This document shows, piece by piece, positions 11,250 to 24,442 of a stretch of DNA of 64,000 nt. A program made the position numbers and the translations under genes. Origin of the DNA: Eledone cirrhosa (taxonomy: Eukaryota); the NCBI GenBank assembly GCA_964016885.1, contig OZ024743.1, forward strand, positions 187,426,001 to 187,490,000. Direction: 5' to 3'. Numbering within the stretch: the stretch's first letter is position 1; each line of letters begins with the position of its first letter. The notes beneath the pieces were generated by a model. It was not told where the DNA came from. It did no database searches and saw only the letters and a program-made list of their open reading frames with translations.

Positions 11250-11850
11250 AAGCTCATCTAAACATCTTTCCTTGGTGTAATGATAGAAAATACTAAGGCA
11301 TGCAGAATTCTATCACTGATAGGGTAATTGATGAAAGGAATGTATCACCAATAGTTTAAACATTCAATCCTGCACACTATGAAGAATGCAGAATAATTAT
11401 TGGGAGGAATCTGCCTTGATGTGTGAGCTGTATTCCATTTTGGAGAAACTATAGAGCTTCATATTTTATGGAGTTTTTGAACAATATAACAAACTTATCA
11501 TTTTATCTACCACGCTGGCAATAGATGTAGTGTAGGAGCCTCATCTCAAAATAGTTGTCAAGTTATGACCTCAGAATCTATCCAGACGAGAAGACCCTTT
11601 CAAAGTTGCCCTATTTTCCCACAATAGAGATAATAGGTTGGGCTTGTAAGCATTTAATTTAACAAACTCCTTGTCTCTACATTGCTCAGTCCCAGTTGGA
11701 TCCTTGAATAGATCTGTTGTAAATTCCAAGCATGTAATGGCCTTGGAGATGAGACTATAATGAATGGCATCATCAGGAAATATGTCAATAAAGGATTTCA
11801 TTACTTTGTCAAATATATCATTTATAAATACTAGGAAGTATGCAGTCTAA
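11250..11850 (-). pseudogene. Old CR1/jockey-like LINE RT remnant
   Basis: Minus strand FINDIFDKVMKSFIDIFPDDAIHYS resembles the FIND...FADD RT motif; heavily degraded. Confidence 0.4.
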
Positions 11851-14374
11851 TGTTTGAAATCAGTAAAAATAATAAATAGGACAACCACACCAATATAACG
11901 TATAATTATTCCAATGGGCATACACAATTTTAATTCAAAAAGGGACTCTGTGAAATTTAGATTCAGAACCATGAAGGTTTTAGATTACAAAATTATAAAA
12001 CATCTGTTGTGGTGAGCCTAATAATTTAGGCACAAGACCAGCAAATTTTGTGAGAAGGGCAAATGTGATTAAATCATCCCTAGTACTTGAGTGATACTTA
12101 ATTTTATCGACTTCAGAAGGATGAAAGGTGCAGTTAGTTGGCTTCATTGGAACTTGAACTCATAATGTAAAGAGCGAGAACAATTACAGCAATGGCAGGC
12201 ATTTTATCTGTGTTCTACAAATTCTGCCAATCCACCACCATGTGGTAATCCTAAAATTGAGAAAAGGCCTTCTACATGCTTGCTGAATCTTCCAGAAATT
12301 GAAGCCATATCATTTTCTGATCACATGCTACTGCCAAAAAAGAAATCAGGATAATGTAGAATACAAACGGTGCTGACCTGGAGTAAAATGCATCTAATGG
12401 GATACCATTACCCTTTAATTAAAATCAAACACAAGAGCTAAAGAAATATATTATACTGGAGGACATATTTGTACAGAGAGAATTAAATGGATTGCATTAA
12501 TAAACGAACAGAATTTTAATTGATTGCAATGTTCAAGTTTCTTATCAAATGGTTATGGAAATGGATTCAGTAGATTTTAGTTTCTATGTTTAATTTAATA
12601 CCTTTTTTAAACTTCAGATTTGGATTCTTTTTTTCTTTTTACTTCAGAATTAGAGTTCATAACATAACCTCTTTTTTCTGTATATTTAAAAAAAACGTTT
12701 TATACTTTTGCCTTTTAGAGTAACATACCTATTTCATTTATAAAATAGTAACAAATATTACAGAGGAGATGTATTCTGCAATAATGCATCGTCCATGAAC
12801 TAAGGGGTGGATGGAGGATCTTCATAAAGAACTAACAGACAATTACCATGCTCAAGTTCCAATGTTGACATTGAATGAATTTGACATCTATAAATAAATT
12901 AAAGCAATGAAAATGACAGGTATATTTTCAAGATAACAAATGAGAAAAGAGAATATAACAAATATAGACAAAGAGAACGAAAGAGAGCGGGAAAGGTAGA
13001 GAAAGAGTAGGAGAGAGAGGGGAGCGGGATGAGGGGGAAGAGAAAGAGAGAGTATTTGAATTAAAATTATAATAATAAACATTTGAAAGATGAGAATTAA
13101 ATTATTTGTGACATTGATGTTGGAAATTATTGCATCTTAATAAAAATGTAATTCATGAAATCCCCAAAATTAAAAGAAAGAAAGTAAAACTAAAAAAAAA
13201 ATGAAGCAACTATAATAATTTAGAATTGAAATTATCTTGATGTAAAAGAGATTTTAAAATTAGCAAATTTGATAGATAAATGGATTCAAAGGAAGAAATG
13301 ATGTTAAACATTAATCAAAAGAAAGACAATTGCCAATAAAATAATTTTGAAATGTTTTTAAATAACTTTGTGTTCATTATTAACACAATGTGACAGTTAT
13401 TGTTATTGTGTTCTTTGAGAATACATGGATTAGTTATTAATTACGTTGATGGTAATGCATCCCATAATCCTTTGGGCTGTTAGGGTACTATTAAATACTT
13501 TATCTTTATATTGTGTATCTAAAGAAAGTTAACTTCACATGGTCCATTATTTTTCAAGTTATAAGCAGCTAAATTTGAAAAGAAGATGCAGTAGAATGAG
13601 ACCGCAGAAAAACCTGGCAAAATGTCATGAGATATAATCTGAAATCACTTAAGCTCACAGACGAATGACGAATGACTGCAATGAATGGACTGATGCTGTG
13701 CTGGAAAAGACCTGTCCAACTCATGGCAAACATAAAAAAGCAGATATAAATTAGTAATGTTGAGGATTAGCAATGAAAATTGTAGCTGGGCAACTTGTAA
13801 ACCTGAATATGTAAATGAATAAAAACAGTGCTTGGGTTAGCTATTTCCCTCAATACTGCCAGTATAACCTAGCCCTCTTACAATACCACACAGTCTTGGC
13901 ACCCTAAAAATGTTAGAAATGAAATGTATGAATTATTGATTGAATAGAAATGTATTTACATTAATTTAAAAAAAAGTTGTGTCCAAACTGAGTTTAAAAG
14001 AATTATGTTTGCAACATTGCACTCTCTGGTTTGTAAGTTTTCTAACTTTATCGTAAATTTGATGAGAAAAATAATGGATGTTGTGGCAGATATATGAGTA
14101 GTATGAGATTAAGATAACAACGTTGGCTACTTCACCAACTTACATTATTTCTCTCATATATTCATAAAATTTTGTAATCTTTCTTTTTCTTCAAATGAAA
14201 TAAGTACCTTAGAATTAAATATCCAGTAATGATATCCATTTTACAAATCATTTATCCTGAAGAAAAGCATATACACAAGTAAGACATACACATTTAGATT
14301 AGTAATTTAGAAATATAACTACTGAATCATTTGGTTTCTAATGTAATTTCTTTTGTCCAACTTGTAGCTTGAAA

Positions 14375-14525
14375 AATAATTGTTTCTACTTTAGGCACGA
14401 GGCCAGCAATTACCCAGTGCATTACTGGTACTTTATTTTATCGACCCCATAAGGATGAAAGGCAAAGTCAACCTCGGCGGGATTTGAACTCAGATCGTAA
14501 AGGGACGTAACTATGCTGGAAAGCA
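14375..14525 (-). mobile_element. SINE S1, 5'-truncated, with TSD
   Basis: S1 sequence; flanks TTGAAAAATAAT and TTGAACAATAAT. Confidence 0.9.
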
Positions 14526-14571
14526 TTGAACAATAATGAACCATTTGAAGTTGACTTGCATATATATATAT

Positions 14572-14694
14572 ATACATGCATGAATGAATACAGTAAGCTA
14601 TACAGTCAGACAACCATTGGGCAACCTGGCCTGTCTGCCACTGTGTGTGTGTGTTTCAGAAAGTGGAAACACCCTATGATTCTCATTTACATTG

Positions 14695-14744
<50 letters not shown>

Positions 14745-14962
14745 CACACACACATATATATATATATATGTATATATTTATGTGTGTGTGCATGTGTGTA
14801 TATATATATATACACACACACATATATCAGACATATATATATACAATGTAAATGACAATCAAAGGGTGTTTCCACTTTCAAACACACATACAGTGGCAGA
14901 CTTGCCAGGTTGCCCAATGGTTGTCTGAATTTATAGCTTACTGTATTCATTCATGCATGCAT
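14572..14962. repeat. ~130-bp-arm inverted repeat around a TA/TG/CA microsatellite (MITE-like or fold-back)
   Basis: ATGCATGAATGAATACAGTAAGCTATA...CATTTACATTGTATATA and its reverse complement at ~14835-14960. Confidence 0.85.
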
Positions 14963-14970
14963 ACCTACAT

Positions 14971-15058
<88 letters not shown>

Positions 15059-15079
15059 TATATATATTTATTAAAATAA

Positions 15080-16085
15080 CAGATTAAAGTTTAAGCAAAG
15101 AATCGCTGCTTTCACCCTTAACGGGATCTTCTGAAACTAACAAAGTCAATCTGTAAACGTAGAACTGGATATTTCAAAAAACGTTGCAACCGGAGGAAGA
15201 CAGGAAGACGATACTTTGGTTCGTGGCAACGTTCCCTGGCAAAGAACGGGAAAAAAAACGAATATAATACGTCATTAATAGGAGCGGTGAAAAACAATTA
15301 CGCGCAAATACAGAACCACGTTTATGGTATAAAAGAGGTCGTAGACTAATGTTGTCTTAGGTGGTTCATAGAGACGTTCTCTGGCAATGAACGAAAAAAA
15401 CGAAGATAATACGTCATATGTGGAGCGTGGAGAACAATTTCACGCAAAGACAAAACCACGTAAATGGTAAAGCAGAAGTCGTAGACTAAAATTCTAACTA
15501 GAAGGTCGAATGAATCTCCGCTTCAGAGTTAAGAATAAAGTAAATAAATACAATACAGAGGTAATAGAAAATAAATAAATACATACACGCATACAAATAC
15601 GTACATACACAAGCATACGCGAAAACACTTACCATAGGTATACAAAACAACGCACATATAAATATGTGTGTGTGTGTGTGTTTACAAATAAATAAATAAT
15701 TAAATAAACGTATATAAATAAATAAATACGTATATAACAAACGCACACACATACCTACATGTAAATACACAAATGTTCGGAGACGTAAGTCAACCAAAAC
15801 ATGAAGTACACTTATACACACACCCTACATACGTTCGAACCTGCATACTCACACAGACGCAACACTCCCGTAAACACATAACCAAACCATGTGTACCAGA
15901 ATATATAAAATTATATGCCATAACATATACAATCATATACGTACGAGAAAGTATACGTACCTTCACAAAACATACAGGTAATATATACTTACCTATGCAA
16001 ATAAGTAATGGTATAAACAAAACATATACTTAGCTACCACATCAGACGTAAAATATCCACGTATAGATCGTACTATCCGTCAGGG
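15080..16085. repeat. Unclassified CpG-rich interspersed element with ~145-bp internal tandem duplication
   Basis: 15229-15349 resembles 15374-15489; bounded by microsatellites. Confidence 0.5.
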
Positions 16086-16122
<37 letters not shown>

Positions 16123-16580
16123 AGGATGTAAGTAATATTGTAGAACAATAAAACTATGCATATATCAGTTAAGTAGCACTCAACAGTTGGTATAACTGGA
16201 GTATATATTAAAGATATCTTTATTAGAGGATAAATTAGAAATTCTTTTTTCAACACTTCTGACTATAGCAGTTTTAACATTATTAGGGTGGTTTGATTTA
16301 AAGTTAACGTAATTTATGTTCTCAATATGGTATGGGTAATATAGGCCGATATCTAGATTAAGGGATATATCAAGGAAATTTGTAAATTTATCATTATTCT
16401 CGAATTCTATTTTTAAGTTAAATAGTTCAAGTATATTTTTCTTAATAATATTAAAGTTTACTTTGTTACAATTTAAGACAGTAAAAAGAGAATATTACAA
16501 ATATTAGAGGTCTAGAATATAGAAACTGGGTATATTATTTTATATACTAAAAATTGGATTAAGAAGTGTAATAATTAAAA

Positions 16581-17185
16581 CGAAACGAAACGAAACGAAA
16601 CGAAACGAAACGAAACGAAACGAAACGAAACGAAACGAAACGAAACGAAACGAAACGAAACGAAACGAAACGAAACGAAACGAAACGAAACGAAACGAAA
16701 CGAAACGAAACGAAACGAAACGAAACGAAACGAAACGAAACGAAACGAAACGAAACGAAACGAAACGAAACGAAACGAAACGAAACGAAACGAAACGAAA
16801 CGAAACGAAACGAAACGAAACGAAACGAAACGAAACGAAACGAAACGAAACGAAACGAAACGAAACGAAACGAAACGAAACGAAACGAAACGAAACGAAA
16901 CGAAACGAAACGAAACGAAACGAAACGAAACGAAACGAAACGAAACGAAACGAAACGAAACGAAACGAAACGAAACGAAACGAAACGAAACGAAACGAAA
17001 CGAAACGAAACGAAACGAAACGAAACGAAACGAAACGAAACGAAACGAAACGAAACGAAACGAAACGAAACGAAACGAAACGAAACGAAACGAAACGAAA
17101 CGAAACGAAACGAAACGAAACGAAACGAAACGAAACGAAACGAAACGAAACGAAACGAAACGAAACGAAACGAAACGAAACGAAA
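16581..17185 (+). repeat. Perfect (CGAAA)121 pentanucleotide array
   Basis: 605 bp with no interruption seen. Confidence 0.98.
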
Positions 17186-17386
17186 TATTAATTATTATTT
17201 TATATCAAGAAGTAAATAAAGGAAATTGCTAGAAAGGTTTATAAGCGTAGAAAGACATATGACGTCATAGTTTGCTTACAAAATCTACGAAGGTTTGAAC
17301 GAAAATTTAAGGCTATAGAGAAAAAAAAAAGTGAAAAAAAAAAAGGTGAAAGGTGAAAGGCTTGAGAGAAAAAAGAGTATATATAT

Positions 17387-17780
17387 AATTGAGTTAAAAA
17401 TGTACATCCACATATGTATACTGAAATACTAGTATGCATATGAATACACACACGTGTACATATGTAGATGTACCGAGTTTTTCACTGGTCACTTTACTGT
17501 GAGTGTCCAGCTATTCTGTATGTAAACACACAGACAAACCGGTTTTTAGAGTCATACTTTCTTGTCTGGCTTTCTGGAGAATAGAGGAAAGGTGTTTCCT
17601 CAAAAACCAGTATGACTCTAAAAACCGGTTTGTCTGTGTGTTTACATACAGAATAGCTGGACACTCACAGTAAAGTGACCAGTGAAAAACTCGGTACATC
17701 TACATATGTACACGTGTGTGTATTCATATGCATACTAGTATTTCAGTATACATATGTGGATGTACATTTTTAACTCAATT
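17387..17780. repeat. Perfect 172-bp-arm inverted repeat with 50-bp spacer
   Basis: 17387-17558 is the reverse complement of 17609-17780. Confidence 0.95.
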
Positions 17781-17853
17781 GTTTAAGCGTCAGTCATACA
17801 AAAGTGAGTTACAAACGAAACGAAATTTAATTTCGTTTCGTTATTTGTTTTTA

Positions 17854-17909
<56 letters not shown>

Positions 17910-18047
17910 TTACAAGAGCTGCTGGCAGCATAATTTTTGATATCAATGGGTTAAAGCCATGTAAAATCAATTGGTGGTCAGTTCTTCAGTGTTTAGCCCC
18001 TAGGGAGAATGCTGCACCAAATAAATTTTGTACAAGTTGAAAACATG

Positions 18048-18094
<47 letters not shown>

Positions 18095-18494
18095 CTATAT
18101 GTAAACATACCAAAGGTCATTATTGAAAATCTTTGGATGTGTATATTTTACAAGGTACTTTTTATTGGAGAAGGTAACAACAATCACTTGCATACTCTAC
18201 TCTAAATAACACTAAACTCTACATTCACAATTATTTCCAAATTTAATCATAACATTCTGTATTAACATTTAGTATTACTGTATACTGCCAGTTATATGTA
18301 CCGTATATATACGCTATAATTAGTAAAAAGTACAATTTTTTCTGCAAAAATTTGATTGCTCTCTTTTGTTTTCACTTATGTACTTTTTGAAAATATTATT
18401 TATTCATTATAAAAATTAAATGATAGCATTCTATATGCGGGTGGGCCCACTTTATCTCCTGGCAACCAATATTATTAGCCCCAGTCAGCCACTG

Positions 18495-18530
<36 letters not shown>

Positions 18531-19088
18531 CATATGTTATTACATTAAAGACAGTCACTACAACAGCGCCATACCAGGTACGTACAAAACAAAGAAAGAA
18601 GAGCCCAAATCAAGGACAGTTAATCTGAATGGTCTAGGGGATAAGATATGACATTAAAAATGCGAGCAAATGATGAATTAGCTAATAATTATGAGGAGGG
18701 GGAGCTAGGAAAAATTGATAGATTAAGAAAGATGTAAATCAATATTAAGGAATCCATTTCTTTAAAAAGTACTTAAAAACGTGAGAATAACTTTGTACAT
18801 GTGTTAAGTGGTTTGTTATTGTTGTGGACATTATTCAATGCTCACCATTTCTCGTAATCATGAAACAATCTTCAGATAACCAAATAAAAGTAACACCAGA
18901 AATTTGGCAAATAAAATATGCCAACTCAAAGACAAGAACTTAAACTTCTTCATCAACAACAACAAACCACTTAATACATGTACAGCATTCTTCTCTTGAT
19001 GTTCTCACATATCTAAATAATTTATGCGATGTGGATGTTGTGAAACATAAGGTAGAAAAGAAAATATTAGAAGCCAAGCTCAGAACTA

Positions 19089-19377
19089 CGAGGGTAATCC
19101 CAAAAGTAAGGTCTCCAAAGTGATGGGGACACAGAGAAACTTTTCATACAGCAGTTGAGAATGGAGCTCCCGTTGAACAGTACCGCCAAGTGCGAAGTTC
19201 GCACAGTTATTATATAGAGGGCAATCCCAAAAGTAAGGTCTCCTTCCGAGGAAAACATGCGTAAAGATTGGCGGATCACTCTGGATGCTCTCTGAGGTTT
19301 CCCGAATCACCATCCACAGGATTTTAATGGAAAAGTTGCAATATCGGAAGGAGACCTTACTTTTGGGATTGCCCTCG
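19089..19377 (+). mobile_element. Mariner deletion derivative (MITE) with three TIR copies
   Basis: TA|CGAGGGTAATCCCAAAAGTAAGGTCTCC ... GGAGACCTTACTTTTGGGATTGCCCTCG|TA; extra TIR at ~19215; transposase scraps MELPLNSTAKCEVRTVI and RKDWRITLDAL / VSRITIHRILMEKLQYRK. Confidence 0.85.
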
Positions 19378-19889
19378 TATAACTATCTTGCCATTAATCA
19401 ATTTACTCCCATTCCATTTCAGTTGCTCTTGAATAGTCTTAGACAGCTAGAGGCTTAGTAATTACATAGTTAAATGTAGGTTTACAAAATTAATATGGTG
19501 GACCATAAAAGAATGTTTAATGAATTGTAATTACATACATAATATAAAAGAATTAGTGCTAATAAAAATTTCTTTCAAAATCTGAATGAAAACATTTAGC
19601 AGGGAGTGATGTTTGATCTTTGGAATATGGTGAAATCCCTGGATATGTTTCAATCTCATTAGACCTTATCAATGGAGTATGTTCTTACAAGTTGCTTCTG
19701 TAAATAGTTCATTTAGCCTCATACTTTAGCAGGTATGATAAAATCTGCCTTTCGTTGATGATGTCATAACAGTACTGAAAGATATCTTGCCAAAATAATC
19801 AAAATGATATATGTTGATGAGAATTATTGTTTCTTCTCCACTCTACAACTCTATAATATGATTATGCTCTGTCCATTAAATGTGTTAGC

Positions 19890-20295
19890 ATTATCCTCAT
19901 CATCATGTTCCAGCAAATGGTGCAGCCAATTGTTGGGATGTCACTCTAGAGGCTTTTACAGCCAGTCATCACCATTGGTCTCTTTCTCTGTCATGTGTAG
20001 AAGGTTCTCAGTGTTGTGACCAGTCCAGTCTGTGATGTTGTTGGACCAGGATTTTCTTTGTCTGCCTCTCCTTCACCCTCCCTTGACTGTACTCAGAAGA
20101 ATGGTTTTGGACGAGTTGTGGCAGGATACATTACCATACTAGGCAAGGGTCCATCTTTCCCCATCACAAGGAATAGTTCCTGCCAGCATGTTCATTAACT
20201 TGTTACCTGACAAAGCTATTTGCTTTGTGCACCGTGTTTAGGATGTATAACAACCTTCTGAAGCACTTGTGCTCAAATGACTGGATTCTTCAATC
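19890..20295 (-). mobile_element. Old RTE (BovB-like) 3' fragment
   Basis: Minus strand YGNVSCHNSSKTILLSTVKGG*RRGRQRKSWSNNITDWTG; (GAT)-like tail. Confidence 0.65.
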
Positions 20296-20659
20296 CTTGT
20301 CTTAACACTAACTTGTTTAAATTGTGTATTTTTTTTATATGTTCTGGTGTGAAGTATTTTTATTTGAAATTTTTACTGTCTTGTTCTAAAACAGCTGACA
20401 TGTCAAAGATAATGTGAAGATCTAAAGCTTTTCTTAGTTGGATGGACAACACCTGTTTAATAAAAAACAATGTGCATGGTGGCTAATGTAACATGTTTTA
20501 GCATAAAGATAGATTCCATTGATAGAAGTCGGTTTTCAGACATATGATATTTGTTTCTTTACTTCAGTAATATATTATTTTCAGTCACTAGATTTCTTTA
20601 GTCAAGTCATAATACCTTTATTTCAACTTACTTTTCAAATTGTACACCTCTATTTTCTT

Positions 20660-20698
<39 letters not shown>

Positions 20699-20702
20699 AT
20701 AC

Positions 20703-20737
<35 letters not shown>

Positions 20738-20742
<5 letters not shown>

Positions 20743-20927
20743 TGTTTCTACTTTAAGCACAAGGCCAGCAATTACCCAGTGCATTACTGGTAGTTTATTT
20801 TATCGACCCCGTAAGGATGAAAGGCAAAGTAAACCTCAGCGAGATTTGAACTCAGATCGTAAAGGGAGGTAACTATGCTAGAAAGCATGGCGTCCAACCC
20901 TCTACCGATACTGCCAATCCACCGCCC
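20738..20927 (-). mobile_element. SINE S1, full length, within (TAA)n
   Basis: Complete GGCGGTGGATTGGCAGTATCGGTAGAGGG head through to tail. Confidence 0.92.
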
Positions 20928-20929
20928 TT

Positions 20930-21085
20930 AATAATAATAATAATGATTTCATTTATTGGCCACAAGGGCCGACATATAGGGGCCAATACAAAAGACTGGG
21001 ACAGTGGGGTTTTACAGAAAAATCGAGTAAACAATATGAATAACAATAACAAAGTAACAGTAAAAATACAAGAAAAATTCTCCAT
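20930..21085 (-). mobile_element. 3' end of a Tx1-like LINE
   Basis: Minus strand CCCTTGTGGCCAATAAATGAAATC(ATT)n matches the tail of the Tx1-like element at ~37910-37950. Confidence 0.55.
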
Positions 21086-22907
21086 ACAACAACAACAACA
21101 ACAACAACAACTGCAATAAATTATATTGTTCAGGCAAACTTTATTGTTTTCTTACTACCTTTCTCATATTATATTCATTTAGTAGAAAGAGATTAATTTG
21201 ACTGGAAGAGAAATTGTTAATATGGTATGAAGTATTTTGTGATAAATAAAAGATTTGTTTTCATTTCTTGTTTTTTTGTTTGTTAGCTTTATTTTCTTCT
21301 TTTACTGAGCCAATGATCTATACAAAGAATTTCAACAGAGTATGTCAAATCATATTATAGTTTTTATAACCTCATGACAAATTTATGCTATTCTTTAGCT
21401 AAGGATTCACTACAATCATTCCCAGCAGTCTTATATCACAGAAGATTCTATATTCATAACAAATTGTATTTGAAATGTCTTCCTTAGGAGAATCATATCA
21501 ATTTGTTTTATTACAGATACTTTAATGGTTTTAAATGTTGAAATCAACCATTTTAGACTTCAAAACTATCTGTCAGTAACGTAAACCTTATGTTCTTTAA
21601 TGTTTTATCACCAAGATGAATAGATATTCCCATTTAGCATTAAGCTGTCTACATTTACTGGTGGGCTTTATGAAAGAGAAAGTGGAAAGGTTTACTACTG
21701 TTATCTGCATAATTATCAAGTAATTTATCACTTCAACAATATTCTATTCATTTGTACATATCTGCTGTTTGGTGATTACTGTCATTGATTTGATATTTCT
21801 GTAATTTGTGAACTAACAATATGTTTAAAAGTTTGTCTTACAGATACTATCTGATGGTTTTACATTGAAATTTAGGATTTACTAGTTTTCAACATTCATT
21901 GTATAGTTGTATAACAAAACTTATTTCACATGTTATTTTAATGCAACATACTTCAAGATAATTACATAGATTTGACATTGATAATGTAAGATTTTTTCTT
22001 CTGCAGTTTGTTTTGTGTCTATGCTGGCACATCTTAGACATATTGTAAATGCAGATTTATTATTTCTTTTGCAATCTAGATTATGGTAATATTTTTTATC
22101 CTAGTTTAATGGAGATAAAATAAGCCATCTGCTAGAAACAGCAGTTGTCAGACTTTCAAGGTGACAGTAATACAAACATTTGTCAAGGAAAAAAAATGAT
22201 ACTTGAATAGCATTTAATCTTGTTAATAGAAAATAATTCAAAGATACTTTGAAATTAATATGGATATTTTACAGCAGTTGAGACATACTAGTAAATACAA
22301 CTGTGTACTGTAAATACAATTAGCAAATGAATACTCATTTACAGTTGCAGAGACAAAACACTAGAACTTAAAATAAATATATAACAGCCACATTATTGTT
22401 ATTTAGTGTTATTCCAAAAAGATAAGTATTGAGTTCATATTACCAATTTCCTCATAAAATTGTAGAGTTTTCGTATTAAAATGCATTGTGTAATTTTAAG
22501 AAACTAGGATTTTTTCAACACACTGACACGTATGTGTGTGCATGGGTGTATGTGCATATGCATACATTTATATGTATGTGTATATAAATATAAACGTGCA
22601 AACACAAACATACAAATATGCACACTCGAACATACATTCACACAAACAGACACAGACATTCACACAGCATAACAAATGGAATGCCAGCCATTATTTTGCT
22701 ATAGTTTGTTCACCACCCCTTTCCTTCCTTTTACACACACATACATTCACACAGGTAGCAGACATAAAGAGAGAGGAGTAGTATGAGGTAGTCAAACTAC
22801 TCCTCTCTCTTTACATGTTGTGACAGAATCGCAGAAAGTTATATATAGATTCTCCAGTGAGTGTGTCTATAGATATAGCGTTAGGAACAAAGAAGGAGTA
22901 AACATAT

Positions 22908-23027
22908 AATAATTGTTTCTATTTTTGGCACAAGGCCAGCAATTATACCAGTGTATTACTGGTACTTTATTTTATCGACCCGTAAGGATGAAAGGCAAAG
23001 TTAACCTCGGCGGGATTTGAACTCAGA
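22908..23027 (-). mobile_element. SINE S1, 5'-truncated
   Basis: S1 3' half, including B-box. Confidence 0.9.
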
Positions 23028-23084
23028 TTATTAATGTCTTCAAGACAGGTGAGAGGATTCTACACAGGCAGCCAGTCTGTATAA

Positions 23085-23297
23085 TGTTTTCTGATTTAGG
23101 CACAAGGCCAAAAGGTTTTTGGGAAGAGAAAGTCAATTAAATCGATCGCAGTACATTACTGGTACTTTATTTTATTGACCACATAAGGATGAAAGGCAAA
23201 GTTAACTCCAGGGAGATTTGAATGCAAAACGTAAAGTGGTGTAACTCTATGCTGCAAAGCATGGTGTCTGATGCTCTACTGATACTGCTAACCCACG
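23085..23297 (-). mobile_element. Diverged S1-related SINE; similar old copies at ~12025-12240, ~42735-42860 and ~46120-46285
   Basis: Same central domain with a longer tail linker. Confidence 0.75.
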
Positions 23298-24249
23298 ACT
23301 CCAGTCTGTACAATAGAAACATTTTATATAGCATAATTTTGGCTCAGTTAGCAGTTCTGAGAAAAACACCATTATGCCCAACCCAAACCCCCAACCAATT
23401 TTTTTATTCAATTGGTCAAAAATAACACAGACATCATGTGACACTAGATTGCTAGTATTGTTTTTACATTGTCTGCCATGATACAATGGAATTTCATCTA
23501 AATTTGGACGTGATCTATATCCATAAAATGGCACATAAACAAGTTCAATCATTAATTTGTTGAAAACTACCAAATGGTGGCTTGTGGCAACAGCATTGAA
23601 GTTAATAAGCAAGAGCACATTTAGGTAATTTTGTATGTGATCTATCATTAGCCTAGAATAAGCAACATTACTTATTTCATCAAATCTAGAAGGATGAAAA
23701 GCAAAGTTGATTCCCATGAGCTATGAATCCTTATTATAGACAGATAAAACTACTTATTGAAAAGCATTCCATCTGACTTTCAACCATTTCTACCATTCCT
23801 CAAAACTCTGAACTTGCGAATAAAGCTAATTACATGTAATTCTTAGAATAATTATTTTACAGCTGCTAACACTTCTCAAAAGTAATTATTCCTAAAGAAA
23901 TCATCTGAAATATTGTGTTGGTAATGGAAATCTTATTAGATAAAGGTGAGCCAAAATAACTCTTGGATATTGAACTTTCATAAAACATTAGATAGTTACA
24001 TTTTGTATATTGGATAACACTTTATCAATATATGTAGTTATGGAAGTTCCAGACCATCTATCCTTTGTAACAAAAGAACTCTATATCATCCCTGAATAAA
24101 CATATTATCAAAAGTGTTTAAGCTGTGACTATCTCATATTTTCTCACACATACTATACCTAGTCCTATATCCAATGTATTACTCCCATTTTAAGGAAATG
24201 CACAATTCCAGTGCATTTCAGCTGCTATTTCTAGCAAATCGAATGAGTA

Positions 24250-24442
24250 TGAGAATCGAAGGAAAAGTTCATAGGCTGATCAAGTTACTCGCATTGAATG
24301 ACCAAATGAGGTTTATTTTTCAACATAGTCCTTGGAAAGAAACAATGCAATTATTAAAAAGTTGAAATTAATGCATGCAAATCTTCTCAGGTCTAGCATA
24401 ACTCCTTCATAATCAGCCTATGAACTTTTCAGCCAAACATCG
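24250..24442. mobile_element. Mariner-type MITE
   Basis: TIR core GAAAAGTTCATAGGCTGAT / ATCAGCCTATGAACTTTTC; TA flanks. Confidence 0.65.

Noticed and set aside
16581-17185. CRISPR array or telomere
   Set aside because: No spacers; the unit is not TTAGGG-like and the array is interstitial
21500-21975. Weak ~330-bp-period similarity starting at TTACAGATACT
   Set aside because: Too diverged and AT-rich to support by eye
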